Assembly (NCBI GenBank): GCA_903835555.1
Contig: CAILNN010000134.1
Coordinates: 13,182-77,181 of the forward strand
Reading direction: 5' to 3'
Source of the DNA: an uncultured Verrucomicrobiota bacterium
GTDB lineage: Bacteria; Verrucomicrobiota; Verrucomicrobiia; Limisphaerales; UBA9464
Length of the DNA stretch: 64,000 bases
Both the position numbers and the translations under genes were made by a program. This document shows positions 50,719 through 59,439 of the stretch, piece after piece. The notes beneath the pieces are model-generated. The model saw nothing but the letters and a program-made list of their open reading frames with translations, was not told the origin of the DNA and made no database searches. Within the stretch, counting starts at the first letter, position 1. Each line of letters opens with the position of its first letter.

Positions 50719-52095
50719 TCAATTTGCGGAACGCAGGCACCTCCATTCCAGGATTTCGCGTGTCGATTCGGCCACTTTGAACGGCTCTGCGGGTGGCAAG
50801 GTCTCCACCCAAAAAATCTCTCCGGCGGAAGTCTCCGCTACCCCCAAAGACCGCCTGACCGAGGCGGGAACCTTTCGGTTGACAAAAATGTTCTGGAGTA
50901 GAGCCGGTTTCGGCATTCCTAGAGGATGAAACCGATCACCCGGTTGCCAGTAACGGATGCGGACCAACTGCCCAACCCGTTCGGCGTCGAGCCAAGTAAC
51001 ACCTGGGGGAGGATTCTTGAGGTCGATCGTCAGCGGTGCCGGACGATAGGCACAGGAAAGTTCCATGTCGCCAAAGCGGTTCAATCCCAAGCTCTTACGA
51101 ATATCAATCGTCATTTCGTCTTCGCCAAATGGATCGCGAGAATGACAGGCTTGCAATTGACCCTCCTCCGTTCGAATCCAAACCTTTCCGCCCGCGACCG
51201 TGACCGGCTTTCGGGTTGTTCGCAGCCGTTCCAGTGTGTCGAAATCCAGGTCGACTCCTAATTCCCACGCCTGAAGTCGCAGGACAGCCCGCTGAATGGC
51301 AACATGCTCTTTGTCGAAGCACTTGGATGAATCGGACTCCAGCCACCGTCGCGCCACCTGCTCCGCCCAGTCAGCTTCCGCCCCGATTATCGTCGCAGTA
51401 CGATTGAGAACTTGGCGCAATCGAGGCTGATATTCGCGCTCTAGCAGGGGCAGCAGATGGTTTCGAATCCGGTTGCGGAGGAATCGCGAATCACCGTTGC
51501 TCGAATCCTCTCGCCAGCTCAAGCCCGCCTCTCGGGCATAGGCTATCAGCTCGTCTTTGCTAAAGCCCAAAAGCGGTCGAATGAGGGTAATCGATGGATC
51601 AACAAACGATGCGCCCTGGGGTGGCATTCCCCCCAAGCCATCGCCACCGCTGCCGCGCAGTAATCGAAGAAGGATTAATTCGGCTTGATCGTCGGCGTGA
51701 TGCGCCAGCGCCACGACTCTCGCCCCTTCGCTATTGGCGACCTCCGCGAGAAAGGCATGTCGAAGCCGTCGCCCCGCCATTTCCAACGACTCTCCTGTTT
51801 CTTGTGCTTCCGCCGTGACCGGGAGCCTTCCGACACGCAAGGGCAGTCCGAGCGTTGCCGCAATTCGGCCAACAAATTCGGCATCGTCATCAGCCTCGGG
51901 TCGAAGCCCATGGTGCGCATGCGCCAGGATCAATTCGACCTGGAGGACCTGCAACGATCGGGAAAAAAGGTGCGCCAGCACCACGGAGTCAACTCCTCCC
52001 GACACGGCAATGATCAGGCGGTCCCCCGGACGAACCCGCGATTCGTCCCGGAGAAATCCCAAAGTGGCTGCCGCCAAGTCCTTCACTTCCGCCAA
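50719..52095 (-). CDS. tilS: tRNA(Ile)-lysidine synthetase TilS
   Basis: PP-loop IAVSGGVDSVVL. C-terminal region IRYWQPGDRFHPLG...LQNIFVNRKVP. The start is uncertain. The track ORF runs to 52314 but would overlap divergent lptD. A TTG at 52095 gives a normal-length N-terminus, and an ATG lies at 52245. Confidence 0.85.
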   Translation of the reverse strand: MAEVKDLAAATLGFLRDESRVRPGDRLIIAVSGGVDSVVLAHLFSRSLQVLQVELILAHAHHGLRPEADDDAEFVGRIAATLGLPLRVGRLPVTAEAQETGESLEMAGRRLRHAFLAEVANSEGARVVALAHHADDQAELILLRLLRGSGGDGLGGMPPQGASFVDPSITLIRPLLGFSKDELIAYAREAGLSWREDSSNGDSRFLRNRIRNHLLPLLEREYQPRLRQVLNRTATIIGAEADWAEQVARRWLESDSSKCFDKEHVAIQRAVLRLQAWELGVDLDFDTLERLRTTRKPVTVAGGKVWIRTEEGQLQACHSRDPFGEDEMTIDIRKSLGLNRFGDMELSCAYRPAPLTIDLKNPPPGVTWLDAERVGQLVRIRYWQPGDRFHPLGMPKPALLQNIFVNRKVPASVRRSLGVAETSAGEIFWVETLPPAEPFKVAESTREILEWRCLRSAN

Positions 52096-52175
52096 GATAC
52101 GCCAGAGTATTCTGCAGCGGAATGGTGAACTTACCCTTGGCCCAAAGCGGATTATTTCATTAGCGTCGTGCCGGG

Positions 52176-54464
52176 ATGAAGTTTTCTTGGGCTGGTCTGG
52201 CTGCCTTCTTGGTGGCGAATGCGGTGACGGCGCAAACAGCGCCATCCGAACCGAAGGCACTTGATCCTGTCCAAACGCCCCCCCTCCTTCCAAAGACTGG
52301 CGACGCTCCTGCAAAACTCGCGCCGGTGGTTTCTGATGAAGTAGAAATCCAAGCCGCCGATGGTATGGGCGAAGTGGAATGGAACCGCGAGACGGGTACG
52401 GTCACCTACAATTACGATAAAGGCGTGGTTGTCACCTTTCGAAATGCAACCCTGACGGCTCACACCATTGTGGCGGAACGTGAAGTGGGCGTGATTTCCG
52501 CCACCGGAGATGTGGTCATCTCGAAGACCGATGCCAAAGGCCGACCGCAGATATGGCGAGGGGAAAAGGTCCGGTACAATTACAGAACGGGCCAAATTGA
52601 TACAGAGTCATTCCGGATGGGCGAGTCACCATTCTTTCTTTCCGGTTCCTCCCTTACTGGGGGACGCACCAATCAAACACAGGTCGTGACCAATGCCGTT
52701 CTGACAAGCGACGATCTGGCCAAGCCCGGTTACAAACTCAAGGCTCGGTTACTGGTCATCGGCGCGGACCACACCATCGTGGCGAAGGATGCGGTCCTCT
52801 ACTTGGGTGATGTCCCGGTCATGTATTACCCGACCTATTCCCGAAACCTGGATCGGCATCCCAATTTTTGGACATTGACCCCAGGCTATCGAAGCCTCTT
52901 TGGCCCCTTTGTCTTGGGGACTTACCACTATTTTCCCAGCACCAATATCGAGACGACCCTAAAGCTCGATTTTCGGCAAAAACGAGGTGCCGGTGGTGGG
53001 CCGGGAATCACCTATGATTTGCAGGAGTGGGGCCATGGGGATGCCGGATTCTATTACACCCGCGACGACGAACCGGGTCTGGACCCGGCTGGAGTACCAA
53101 TTTCACGAGATCGCTACCGGACCTTTTTTACCCATCAGGTGGAAGTCGGTGACGATTTTCAGGCCAAGGCAGTGGTCCGCCAACAAAGCGATCCCTATGT
53201 CGTTCGGGATTTCTTCGAATACGAATACCGGCGCGATTCCCAGCCCAAGAGTTTTCTCGAGGTCAGCCAGTTCTGGCGCAACTTCAGTTTGGATGCTGTT
53301 GCTCAGGCTCAGATCAACGATTTTTATCGCACTGTGGAACGCCTCCCGGATGTCAAACTCACGGGATTGAGACAGCAAATCGGAAACACCCCGGTCTACT
53401 ACGAATCGGAAAGCTCCCTCGCCTACCTTCGATTTCGTGAGGGCATCCTCTCTGGAGTGCAGGCGACCAACTACGCGGCATTTCGGGCGGACAGCTACCA
53501 CCAATTGGTACTTCCACAGACCTACTTTGGGTGGCTTAACATCACTCCCCGGGTGGGCGGAAGGTTCACCCACTATGGCGAAATAGAAGGAATGACCAAC
53601 GGCACCGACTCCCGGGAACGTTGGGTCGTCAATACTGGCGCTGAAATGAGTTTCCGGGCGTCGCGGGTGTGGGGCGGTGTCGACAACAGCCTCCTCGATA
53701 TGCAGGGAGCGCGCCATATCATCGAGCCGTCGATCAATTACGCCTTCGTCCCGCGACCCAACTGGCAGCCCTACCAATTACCCCAATTTGATACTGAACT
53801 TCCGTCCTCCCGGCTGTTGCCCCTCGAGTTCCCCGATTATAACGCCATCGATTCCGTCGATAGCCAAAACACGCTTCGCTTCAGTCTGCGCAACAAGTTG
53901 CAGACCAAGCGACGTCAGGAAGTGGAAAATGTCTTCAACTGGGCGCTCTATACCGACTGGCGGCTGACCCCCAACCCTGGACAGACCACGTTCCCGGATT
54001 TCTATTCCGACCTCGATTTCAGTCCGCGCTCCTGGATTTTGCTCAATTCCCAGGTCCGCTACGACATCAACGGACACCACTGGCGCGAAGCCTACCACAA
54101 AATGACGCTGCAACCGGCGGATGATTGGTCCTGGACAGTGGGACACCGCTTTCTCCGGGATGATCCAACGACGTATGGAGTTGGGAACAATCTCTTCACC
54201 AGCACCTGGCGATTCAAGGTCAATGAGAATTGGTCCTTGCGAATGAATCATCAGTTCGAGGCGCGCGACGGACGATTGGAAGAGCAGGGGTACACCATCT
54301 ATCGAGACCTTCGTAGCTGGACGGCCGCGCTGACCTTTCGAATTCGGGACCCGCGCGGAGCCAAGGCCGATACGGCTGTCGTCCTGACCTTCCAGTTAAA
54401 GGCCTTCCCTCGATTCCACCTGAATCAGGACCGCGACCGGACGGAGTGGCTGACGGGTGGTTGA
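52176..54464 (+). CDS. lptD: LPS-assembly outer-membrane protein LptD (OstA family)
   Basis: 762 aa. Signal peptide MKFSWAGLAAFLVANAVTAQT. N-terminal OstA-like beta-jellyroll (VTYNYDKGVVVTFRNATLTAHTIVAEREVGVISATGDVVISK). Large aromatic-rich C-terminal beta-barrel region. Confidence 0.65.
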   Translation: MKFSWAGLAAFLVANAVTAQTAPSEPKALDPVQTPPLLPKTGDAPAKLAPVVSDEVEIQAADGMGEVEWNRETGTVTYNYDKGVVVTFRNATLTAHTIVAEREVGVISATGDVVISKTDAKGRPQIWRGEKVRYNYRTGQIDTESFRMGESPFFLSGSSLTGGRTNQTQVVTNAVLTSDDLAKPGYKLKARLLVIGADHTIVAKDAVLYLGDVPVMYYPTYSRNLDRHPNFWTLTPGYRSLFGPFVLGTYHYFPSTNIETTLKLDFRQKRGAGGGPGITYDLQEWGHGDAGFYYTRDDEPGLDPAGVPISRDRYRTFFTHQVEVGDDFQAKAVVRQQSDPYVVRDFFEYEYRRDSQPKSFLEVSQFWRNFSLDAVAQAQINDFYRTVERLPDVKLTGLRQQIGNTPVYYESESSLAYLRFREGILSGVQATNYAAFRADSYHQLVLPQTYFGWLNITPRVGGRFTHYGEIEGMTNGTDSRERWVVNTGAEMSFRASRVWGGVDNSLLDMQGARHIIEPSINYAFVPRPNWQPYQLPQFDTELPSSRLLPLEFPDYNAIDSVDSQNTLRFSLRNKLQTKRRQEVENVFNWALYTDWRLTPNPGQTTFPDFYSDLDFSPRSWILLNSQVRYDINGHHWREAYHKMTLQPADDWSWTVGHRFLRDDPTTYGVGNNLFTSTWRFKVNENWSLRMNHQFEARDGRLEEQGYTIYRDLRSWTAALTFRIRDPRGAKADTAVVLTFQLKAFPRFHLNQDRDRTEWLTGG

Positions 54465-54515
54465 CGTTGGCGATGTTCCCGATGACGCGGGGAATAAAAA
54501 TAGTTCAAACAACAT

Positions 54516-54607
54516 TTTTCCAACGACCCACGCGACTCACACGTAACTTATTGAAAAAAGCAACATCGGTAGGGCGAAACTCCGTCGAGGTGTCGGCGCT
54601 CCAAACC
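54516..54607 (+). repeat. Dispersed repeat family R1, copy B
   Basis: TTTTTCCAACGACCCACGCGACTCACACGTAACTTATTGAAAAAAGCAACATCGGTAGGGCGAAACTCCGTCGAGG...CTCCAAACC aligns with 410-502. It lies between the convergent lptD and M16 genes. Confidence 0.6.
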
Positions 54608-54688
54608 ACCCCCATTTCCAAGCGCCAAAGGCGCGATTCTCTCTACTGCTTTTGACTTATCGCATGCTGACGACCTGATGAATTAGGG

Positions 54689-55948
54689 TTAGGAAAGTAT
54701 TTCCTCCAGCGATTCTCGCGGCGGGCGCGGCGTGATCACCGCCAGACTGAAACGCTCTGGACTAAAGAATTCACGGGCGACGGCGCGAACCTCAGTCGGC
54801 TGAATCGCCATGATTTCCCGTTTTGTCTCCAGGGGATGCACGAGCCTTCCGAAGCCAAGCCAGCTCTCGCCAAGTGCCATCATGTGGTTCTCGGTGCTTT
54901 CCAAATGCAGGTCAAACTGGCCAAGCACATAGTCCCGAGCCCGTTCGAACTCGTCGGTGCCCGGTAATCGGGTGCATAGCCGGTCCATTTCCTGACGGAT
55001 CAAACGCAGGGTCTTGGAGATTTCGGACGGATCGAGTCCCGCCGTGATGACAACGTCGCCGCAATCGTCCCAGAAACTGGAGGAGCTTTGAATATTGTAG
55101 GTCAATCCATGTCGTTCGCGAACCACCTGAAACAATCGCGAACTCATGTTCTCACCTAGAATGACATTGAGCAAGCGAACCGCGAACCGCTTTGGGGAAT
55201 GACGCGAACAGGTGCGAATCGCCAGGGCTAAATTGGCCTGTTCAACCGCTTTCTTGAGAATCCGAAAGCCCGGCTTCGGATTTATCGGAGGTGCCGGGAT
55301 AAACTTGGGTCGTTGCCCGAGCCGAAATCGTTTCTCCAAGGGACGGACCAGTTCCAATAATGTTCCATGTTCAACCGCACCAGCCGCGGCGATCACGGTG
55401 GCTCCGGCCACATAGTGGCTCGTCATGAAACTGCGGATATTCAGCCGATCGATGCTATCCAGCGATCGGCGCGAGCCGATCACCGGACGCCCCAACGGAT
55501 GACGCGGAAACTGGAGGGCATTGAGCAGGTCGTGAATCTGTTCCGCCGGTTGGTCGCGATACATCGCGATCTCTTCCTTGATGACCGAACGTTCCCGGAT
55601 GATTTCGGACGGCGAGAACCGGGAATCCAAATACATGTCCAGGAGCACGTCGACGAGCGTCGCCAATCGATCGGCACGAGCTCGTGCGTAAAAGCAGGTG
55701 TGCTCTTCGTCGGTGAAGGCATTGAGATACCCCCCTATCCCTTCGACGGACTGAGAAATCTCCGCCGCCGTCCGTCGAGTGGTTCCTTTGAATAGGAGAT
55801 GCTCGATGAAATGGGATATGCCGCTGTGCGAAGCGGACTCATAACGCCCGCCCACACCGACCCAAACTCCCAGGGCCACGCTGGCCATGTGGGGCAGGGT
55901 GGCGGTTGCCACGGTCACCCCGGATTCCAATGTCGAGACTTGATACAC
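54689..55948 (-). CDS. M16-family (pitrilysin-like) zinc peptidase
   Basis: 419 aa (GTG start) with the inverted zinc motif HFIEHLLFKGT. Confidence 0.9.
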   Translation of the reverse strand: MYQVSTLESGVTVATATLPHMASVALGVWVGVGGRYESASHSGISHFIEHLLFKGTTRRTAAEISQSVEGIGGYLNAFTDEEHTCFYARARADRLATLVDVLLDMYLDSRFSPSEIIRERSVIKEEIAMYRDQPAEQIHDLLNALQFPRHPLGRPVIGSRRSLDSIDRLNIRSFMTSHYVAGATVIAAAGAVEHGTLLELVRPLEKRFRLGQRPKFIPAPPINPKPGFRILKKAVEQANLALAIRTCSRHSPKRFAVRLLNVILGENMSSRLFQVVRERHGLTYNIQSSSSFWDDCGDVVITAGLDPSEISKTLRLIRQEMDRLCTRLPGTDEFERARDYVLGQFDLHLESTENHMMALGESWLGFGRLVHPLETKREIMAIQPTEVRAVAREFFSPERFSLAVITPRPPRESLEEILS

Positions 55949-56075
55949 GAGAGGCCAACCTTAGCCCGAACGGACGTGGGGACAACCCGTCAACGCGACC
56001 ATGATTCAAATGGGATGTCAGCAAAATGCCCAAAAACACGGCTTAGGTCAACTGGCCTACCACCGCGTTCCAATC

Positions 56076-56609
56076 CTATTTCGATGTCTTTCCTGAGTTG
56101 GGTTTTGACTTCGAAGGTTTAGCTTTTGCCGTCTTCTTTTCCGCCCTCGATTCCGCGTTTTCCGCGAACACTTTTTCAATTCGACTGATATACATATCCA
56201 CCGGCAGCCGGGCGACCAACTGCCCAATCACCTCCAGAGGCACATCGTCCAACCGCTTGAATCGGACGCAACCCGCACCCGTATCGAGCTTCTTGCCTGC
56301 GTCCTTCCACGCCTTTTCGAACCAGGCCCTTAATTCTGAATCGCCATAGCAGCACATGAGATAAAAGGCCATGTGGTTCTTTTGCGAGGCCAGATTCAAG
56401 AACGGCAGCGGCAACTTGGGATTGCACTGATACCCCTTCGGATAAAGGCTATGCGGCACCACGTAACCGATCATGCCGTAGCTCATGCACTCTTCATAAC
56501 CCTTGGGGAGATTCGCGAGAATGACCCCTCGCACCGCTTTGATGACTTCACGACGATCATCGGGCAGTTCTTCCAAATACTCACTAACGGTTTTGGCGCG
56601 GCTTTGCAT
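56076..56609 (-). CDS. DUF1801 (YdhG-like) domain protein with a Lys-rich tail
   Basis: 177 aa. MQSRAKTVSEYLEELPDDRREVIKAVRGVILANLPKGYEE...MIGYVVP... is typical of DUF1801. Confidence 0.65.
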   Translation of the reverse strand: MQSRAKTVSEYLEELPDDRREVIKAVRGVILANLPKGYEECMSYGMIGYVVPHSLYPKGYQCNPKLPLPFLNLASQKNHMAFYLMCCYGDSELRAWFEKAWKDAGKKLDTGAGCVRFKRLDDVPLEVIGQLVARLPVDMYISRIEKVFAENAESRAEKKTAKAKPSKSKPNSGKTSK

Positions 56610-56716
56610 GATTCAATCTTGAGGTGGAAAGAATTTCCCGGTGACAAAAGGGGCCGCTTCTCATCGAGGCGGATTGCACTCGTGGCAAGGAGTCAGTCCT
56701 CGCGCTTTCGCCGTTT

Positions 56717-56786
56717 CCAAGGAGCAACGAAGCCCCCGCCTGTTTTGGCCAGCAGATAGGCAAATGCATTTTGAAAACACGGCCTA
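56717..56786. repeat. Half-copy of the 3418-3583 palindromic element (right arm plus part of the spacer)
   Basis: 70 nt match 3514-3583 with 2 mismatches by eye (CC.AGGAGCAACGAAGCCCCCGCCTGTTTTGGCCAGCAGATAGGCAAATGCATTTTGAAAACAC.GCCTA). Like the full copy, it ends 3-5 nt from the stop codon of a minus-strand gene. Confidence 0.7.
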
Positions 56787-56790
56787 GCGT

Positions 56791-57678
56791 TCAATTCCCT
56801 AATGTGGCTCCAAACGCTGCCCCGCCTTGAATCCATCGGATGATGGCTAATGTCTCGGAATCACTCAACGGTTCCTTGCCGTCCGGCGGCATCGCATCGT
56901 CGTCGGTGCGAGGCAGTAGGATCACCTGAGCCAGGCGACTCTTGCCCACCTCTCCCGGCACGACAATCGGTAACCCACTCTTACCGCCGCTCCGAATCGC
57001 TTCCGCGCTATCGAGTCGTAGCTTTCCTTTTTGTTTCTCCGGTCCATGGCATGAATAGCACTTCCGTTCGAGCGCGGGTTGAATGACGGACGCATAGACG
57101 TTGGTGGCAGCGCCGGCTTGGGCTGTCGAAGGCGCTGATTTGGACTTATCTGGACCGCCCAAAAAGGTTGGCATGTTCTGGGTCAGGAAAGTCGAACCAT
57201 GGGTAAGGCTGCCACCTTGGTGGCCGGCCGTGATCAGACATCCGATGCTCACAAGCAGAACCCCGCGGTAAGTTCGCCATAGGAGTTGCCCGGTTGATTT
57301 TTGCGCTCGCCATTGAAGACCCCACGCAACAGTCACCAAGACGGCCACGGACAGTCCAAAAAAGCGGTGATCCGACAAGAGTTCGGGGTCAAATTCGGCA
57401 CCTTCCGCCCGTAGCAGGCCGAGTCCAGCTGCCGCCCAGGCGGCAATCGTCGTCAGCCCCAAGACCGCACTGATCAGGCGGGTGGAGAGGTCGCGCGGCC
57501 GCCAGATGGAACCCAGTTCCAGAAGAAACGCCAGGGTAAGGAAGCCAATCGGGTAATGGAGCGCCACCACGTGGAACGGTCCTAAAAAGGCCGACCAATC
57601 CACCGAGCTGCTATCAGCAGCCTGAAGGGCGTCCGAACCGAACAGCCAGACAATCAATAGCCCTAATTTTCGGATCAC
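56791..57678 (-). CDS. Membrane protein with a C-terminal Planctomycete-type cytochrome c domain (PSCyt1-like)
   Basis: Several TM helices are followed by CYSCHGPEKQKGKLRLDS...MPPDGKEPLSDSE. The track ORF extends to 57927, but that 5' part is translated repeat R1 copy C. A GTG at 57678 gives MIRKLGLLIVWLFGS. The start is uncertain. Confidence 0.6.
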   Translation of the reverse strand: MIRKLGLLIVWLFGSDALQAADSSSVDWSAFLGPFHVVALHYPIGFLTLAFLLELGSIWRPRDLSTRLISAVLGLTTIAAWAAAGLGLLRAEGAEFDPELLSDHRFFGLSVAVLVTVAWGLQWRAQKSTGQLLWRTYRGVLLVSIGCLITAGHQGGSLTHGSTFLTQNMPTFLGGPDKSKSAPSTAQAGAATNVYASVIQPALERKCYSCHGPEKQKGKLRLDSAEAIRSGGKSGLPIVVPGEVGKSRLAQVILLPRTDDDAMPPDGKEPLSDSETLAIIRWIQGGAAFGATLGN

Positions 57679-57704
57679 AGCCCCAAAGGCTACCGAAGAA
57701 ATCG

Positions 57705-57773
57705 ATGCATAACCAGTTGAACAAGAGCGATATCGGTAGGGCGAGACTCCGTCGAGCCGTCGTCGGTCCAAAC
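57705..57773 (+). repeat. Dispersed repeat family R1, copy C
   Basis: ...TTGAACAAGAGCGATATCGGTAGGGCGAGACTCCGTCGAGCCGTCGTCGGTCCAAAC matches the core of copies A and B. A further shared motif, GCCTGATCCCGA, is found at 57851 and 529. Confidence 0.55.
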
Positions 57774-57983
57774 GGCCTCCCCAACGCAATTGGGCCACCA
57801 TCCCCCTATCGCCTCGGCCTGTTTGCGAACTTTCCTCCACGGCCTCCTTGGCCTGATCCCGATTGCGACAATCGGAATTATGTCCTTTCGGAAAAAGCAC
57901 TGGGTTCTCAACTGAGTCTTTGACCACGATCTATTAGACGCTTGGCGATGCCAAATGCATCAAGAATGGTCCGAGCTTCCAGC

Positions 57984-59417
57984 TTATTTTTCAGCCCGGA
58001 CATCCCATCCACCTCCCAGAGCCTTGATTAGTTGAACTGTGACCACCAATCGCTGGCCCGCCAATTGAGCCAATTGACGCTCTGCCGCCAGCCGAGTTCG
58101 CTCGCTCTCGACCACTTCCAGATAAGTGGCAAATCCAGATTCGTACCGCGTCTTGGAGAGAGAGGCCGTGCGGCGAGCTGCCTCCACTACTTTGGCCACC
58201 GCATCACTTTGCACGTGCAACCAATGCAGGCCGAGCAACGAATCCTGGACCTCCCGAAAGGCGGTGAGGACCTGTCCGCGATAATTGGCCACACCTTCAT
58301 CGTAGGCGGCCTGCGCCCGCCGAAGATTGGCGCGGTTTCTGCCTCCTTGAAAAATGGGCAGCGTCACACTTGGCCCGAGACTCCAAATCCGACTGTGCCA
58401 ATCGAATAATAAATCGGTGTCCGCACTTTCCCACCCAAACATACCCGTCAGACGAACGGTCGGGAAAAACGCAGCTTTGGCCACACCGATCCGCGCATTT
58501 CGGGCAGCCAAATCGCGTTCTGCCTCGGCAATATCCGGTCGGCGTTCCAGAAGGTCGCTTGGCAGCCCTGGCGGGATGGAAGGAGGAACGACATCAATGG
58601 GCAATGGTCCGACTTCCAACAGAAAGGTCGGAGCAGGTGCGCCCAGCAAAACCGCCAGGCTGTTCTTGAATTCCGCCCGTCGGCGTTCAATGGCGGCCAA
58701 GTCGGCGGCCACCGAAGCCAACTCCGTCTCCGCTCGGGCAAATTCCAATTCATTGGCGGCACCGGCTTCAAATCTGGCCTGGACCAATTCCTTGGCTTCC
58801 CGGCGAAAACCGAGGGTGCGCTGAAGCGTGTCCAATTCCGCTTCGGTTGCCTTCCAGCTAAAATACTCCTGCGCCACCTCGGCGTGCAAGGCGAGCCGAA
58901 ACGACTCAAAAGCGGCTGCCCTCGCCTCAGCGTCGCGCGTAGCCGCTTCCACGCTTCGACGTATCCGACCCCAAAAGTCGATTTCGTAGCTCAGGTCAAA
59001 CGGCACCTTGACATCATTGATGGCTCTGGACGGGTAGATCAGCTCGCCGTTGGGCGAATACCGCGTCCGGCTAAAGCTGGGGTCGAGCGAAATGGCCGGG
59101 AAGAACTCCGACCGGGCGACGCGCGTATTGGCACGAGCCTGCTCCAATCTGGCCAACGCCGCCTTTAGGTCCTGATTGTTGGTGCCCGCCCGGGATTCCA
59201 AGGCGTCCAATTGAGAATCGCGAAATACCGACCACCAGTTTCCTTTCGGAACGGCATCCGACGGGTGGGCCACCTGCCAGGTTCCAAGATTATTTGTGGC
59301 AAATGCATTGGGGATATCATTGGTGGGCCGAACATAGTCCGGGCCCACAGAGGCAAAAGACTGGGCGGCGACCATCAACCAACCCAGAAGCGTGGGGAAT
59401 CGAGAGAGAATCTTCAT
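57984..59417 (-). CDS. RND efflux outer-membrane factor (NodT/OprM family)
   Basis: The ATG at 59417 gives MKILSRFPTLLGWLMVAAQSFASVGPDYVRP. Two TolC-like repeats are present. No lipobox cysteine is present in the leader. Confidence 0.88.
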   Translation of the reverse strand: MKILSRFPTLLGWLMVAAQSFASVGPDYVRPTNDIPNAFATNNLGTWQVAHPSDAVPKGNWWSVFRDSQLDALESRAGTNNQDLKAALARLEQARANTRVARSEFFPAISLDPSFSRTRYSPNGELIYPSRAINDVKVPFDLSYEIDFWGRIRRSVEAATRDAEARAAAFESFRLALHAEVAQEYFSWKATEAELDTLQRTLGFRREAKELVQARFEAGAANELEFARAETELASVAADLAAIERRRAEFKNSLAVLLGAPAPTFLLEVGPLPIDVVPPSIPPGLPSDLLERRPDIAEAERDLAARNARIGVAKAAFFPTVRLTGMFGWESADTDLLFDWHSRIWSLGPSVTLPIFQGGRNRANLRRAQAAYDEGVANYRGQVLTAFREVQDSLLGLHWLHVQSDAVAKVVEAARRTASLSKTRYESGFATYLEVVESERTRLAAERQLAQLAGQRLVVTVQLIKALGGGWDVRAEK

Positions 59418-59439
59418 CCGAGGATCGAATGGGGTTCGG

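Noticed and set aside
56032-56047. AAAAACACGGCTTAGG resembles the outer end of the palindromic element (GAAAACACGGCCTAG).
   Set aside because: The match is only ~13-14 nt with no flanking similarity. It is too short to distinguish from chance.
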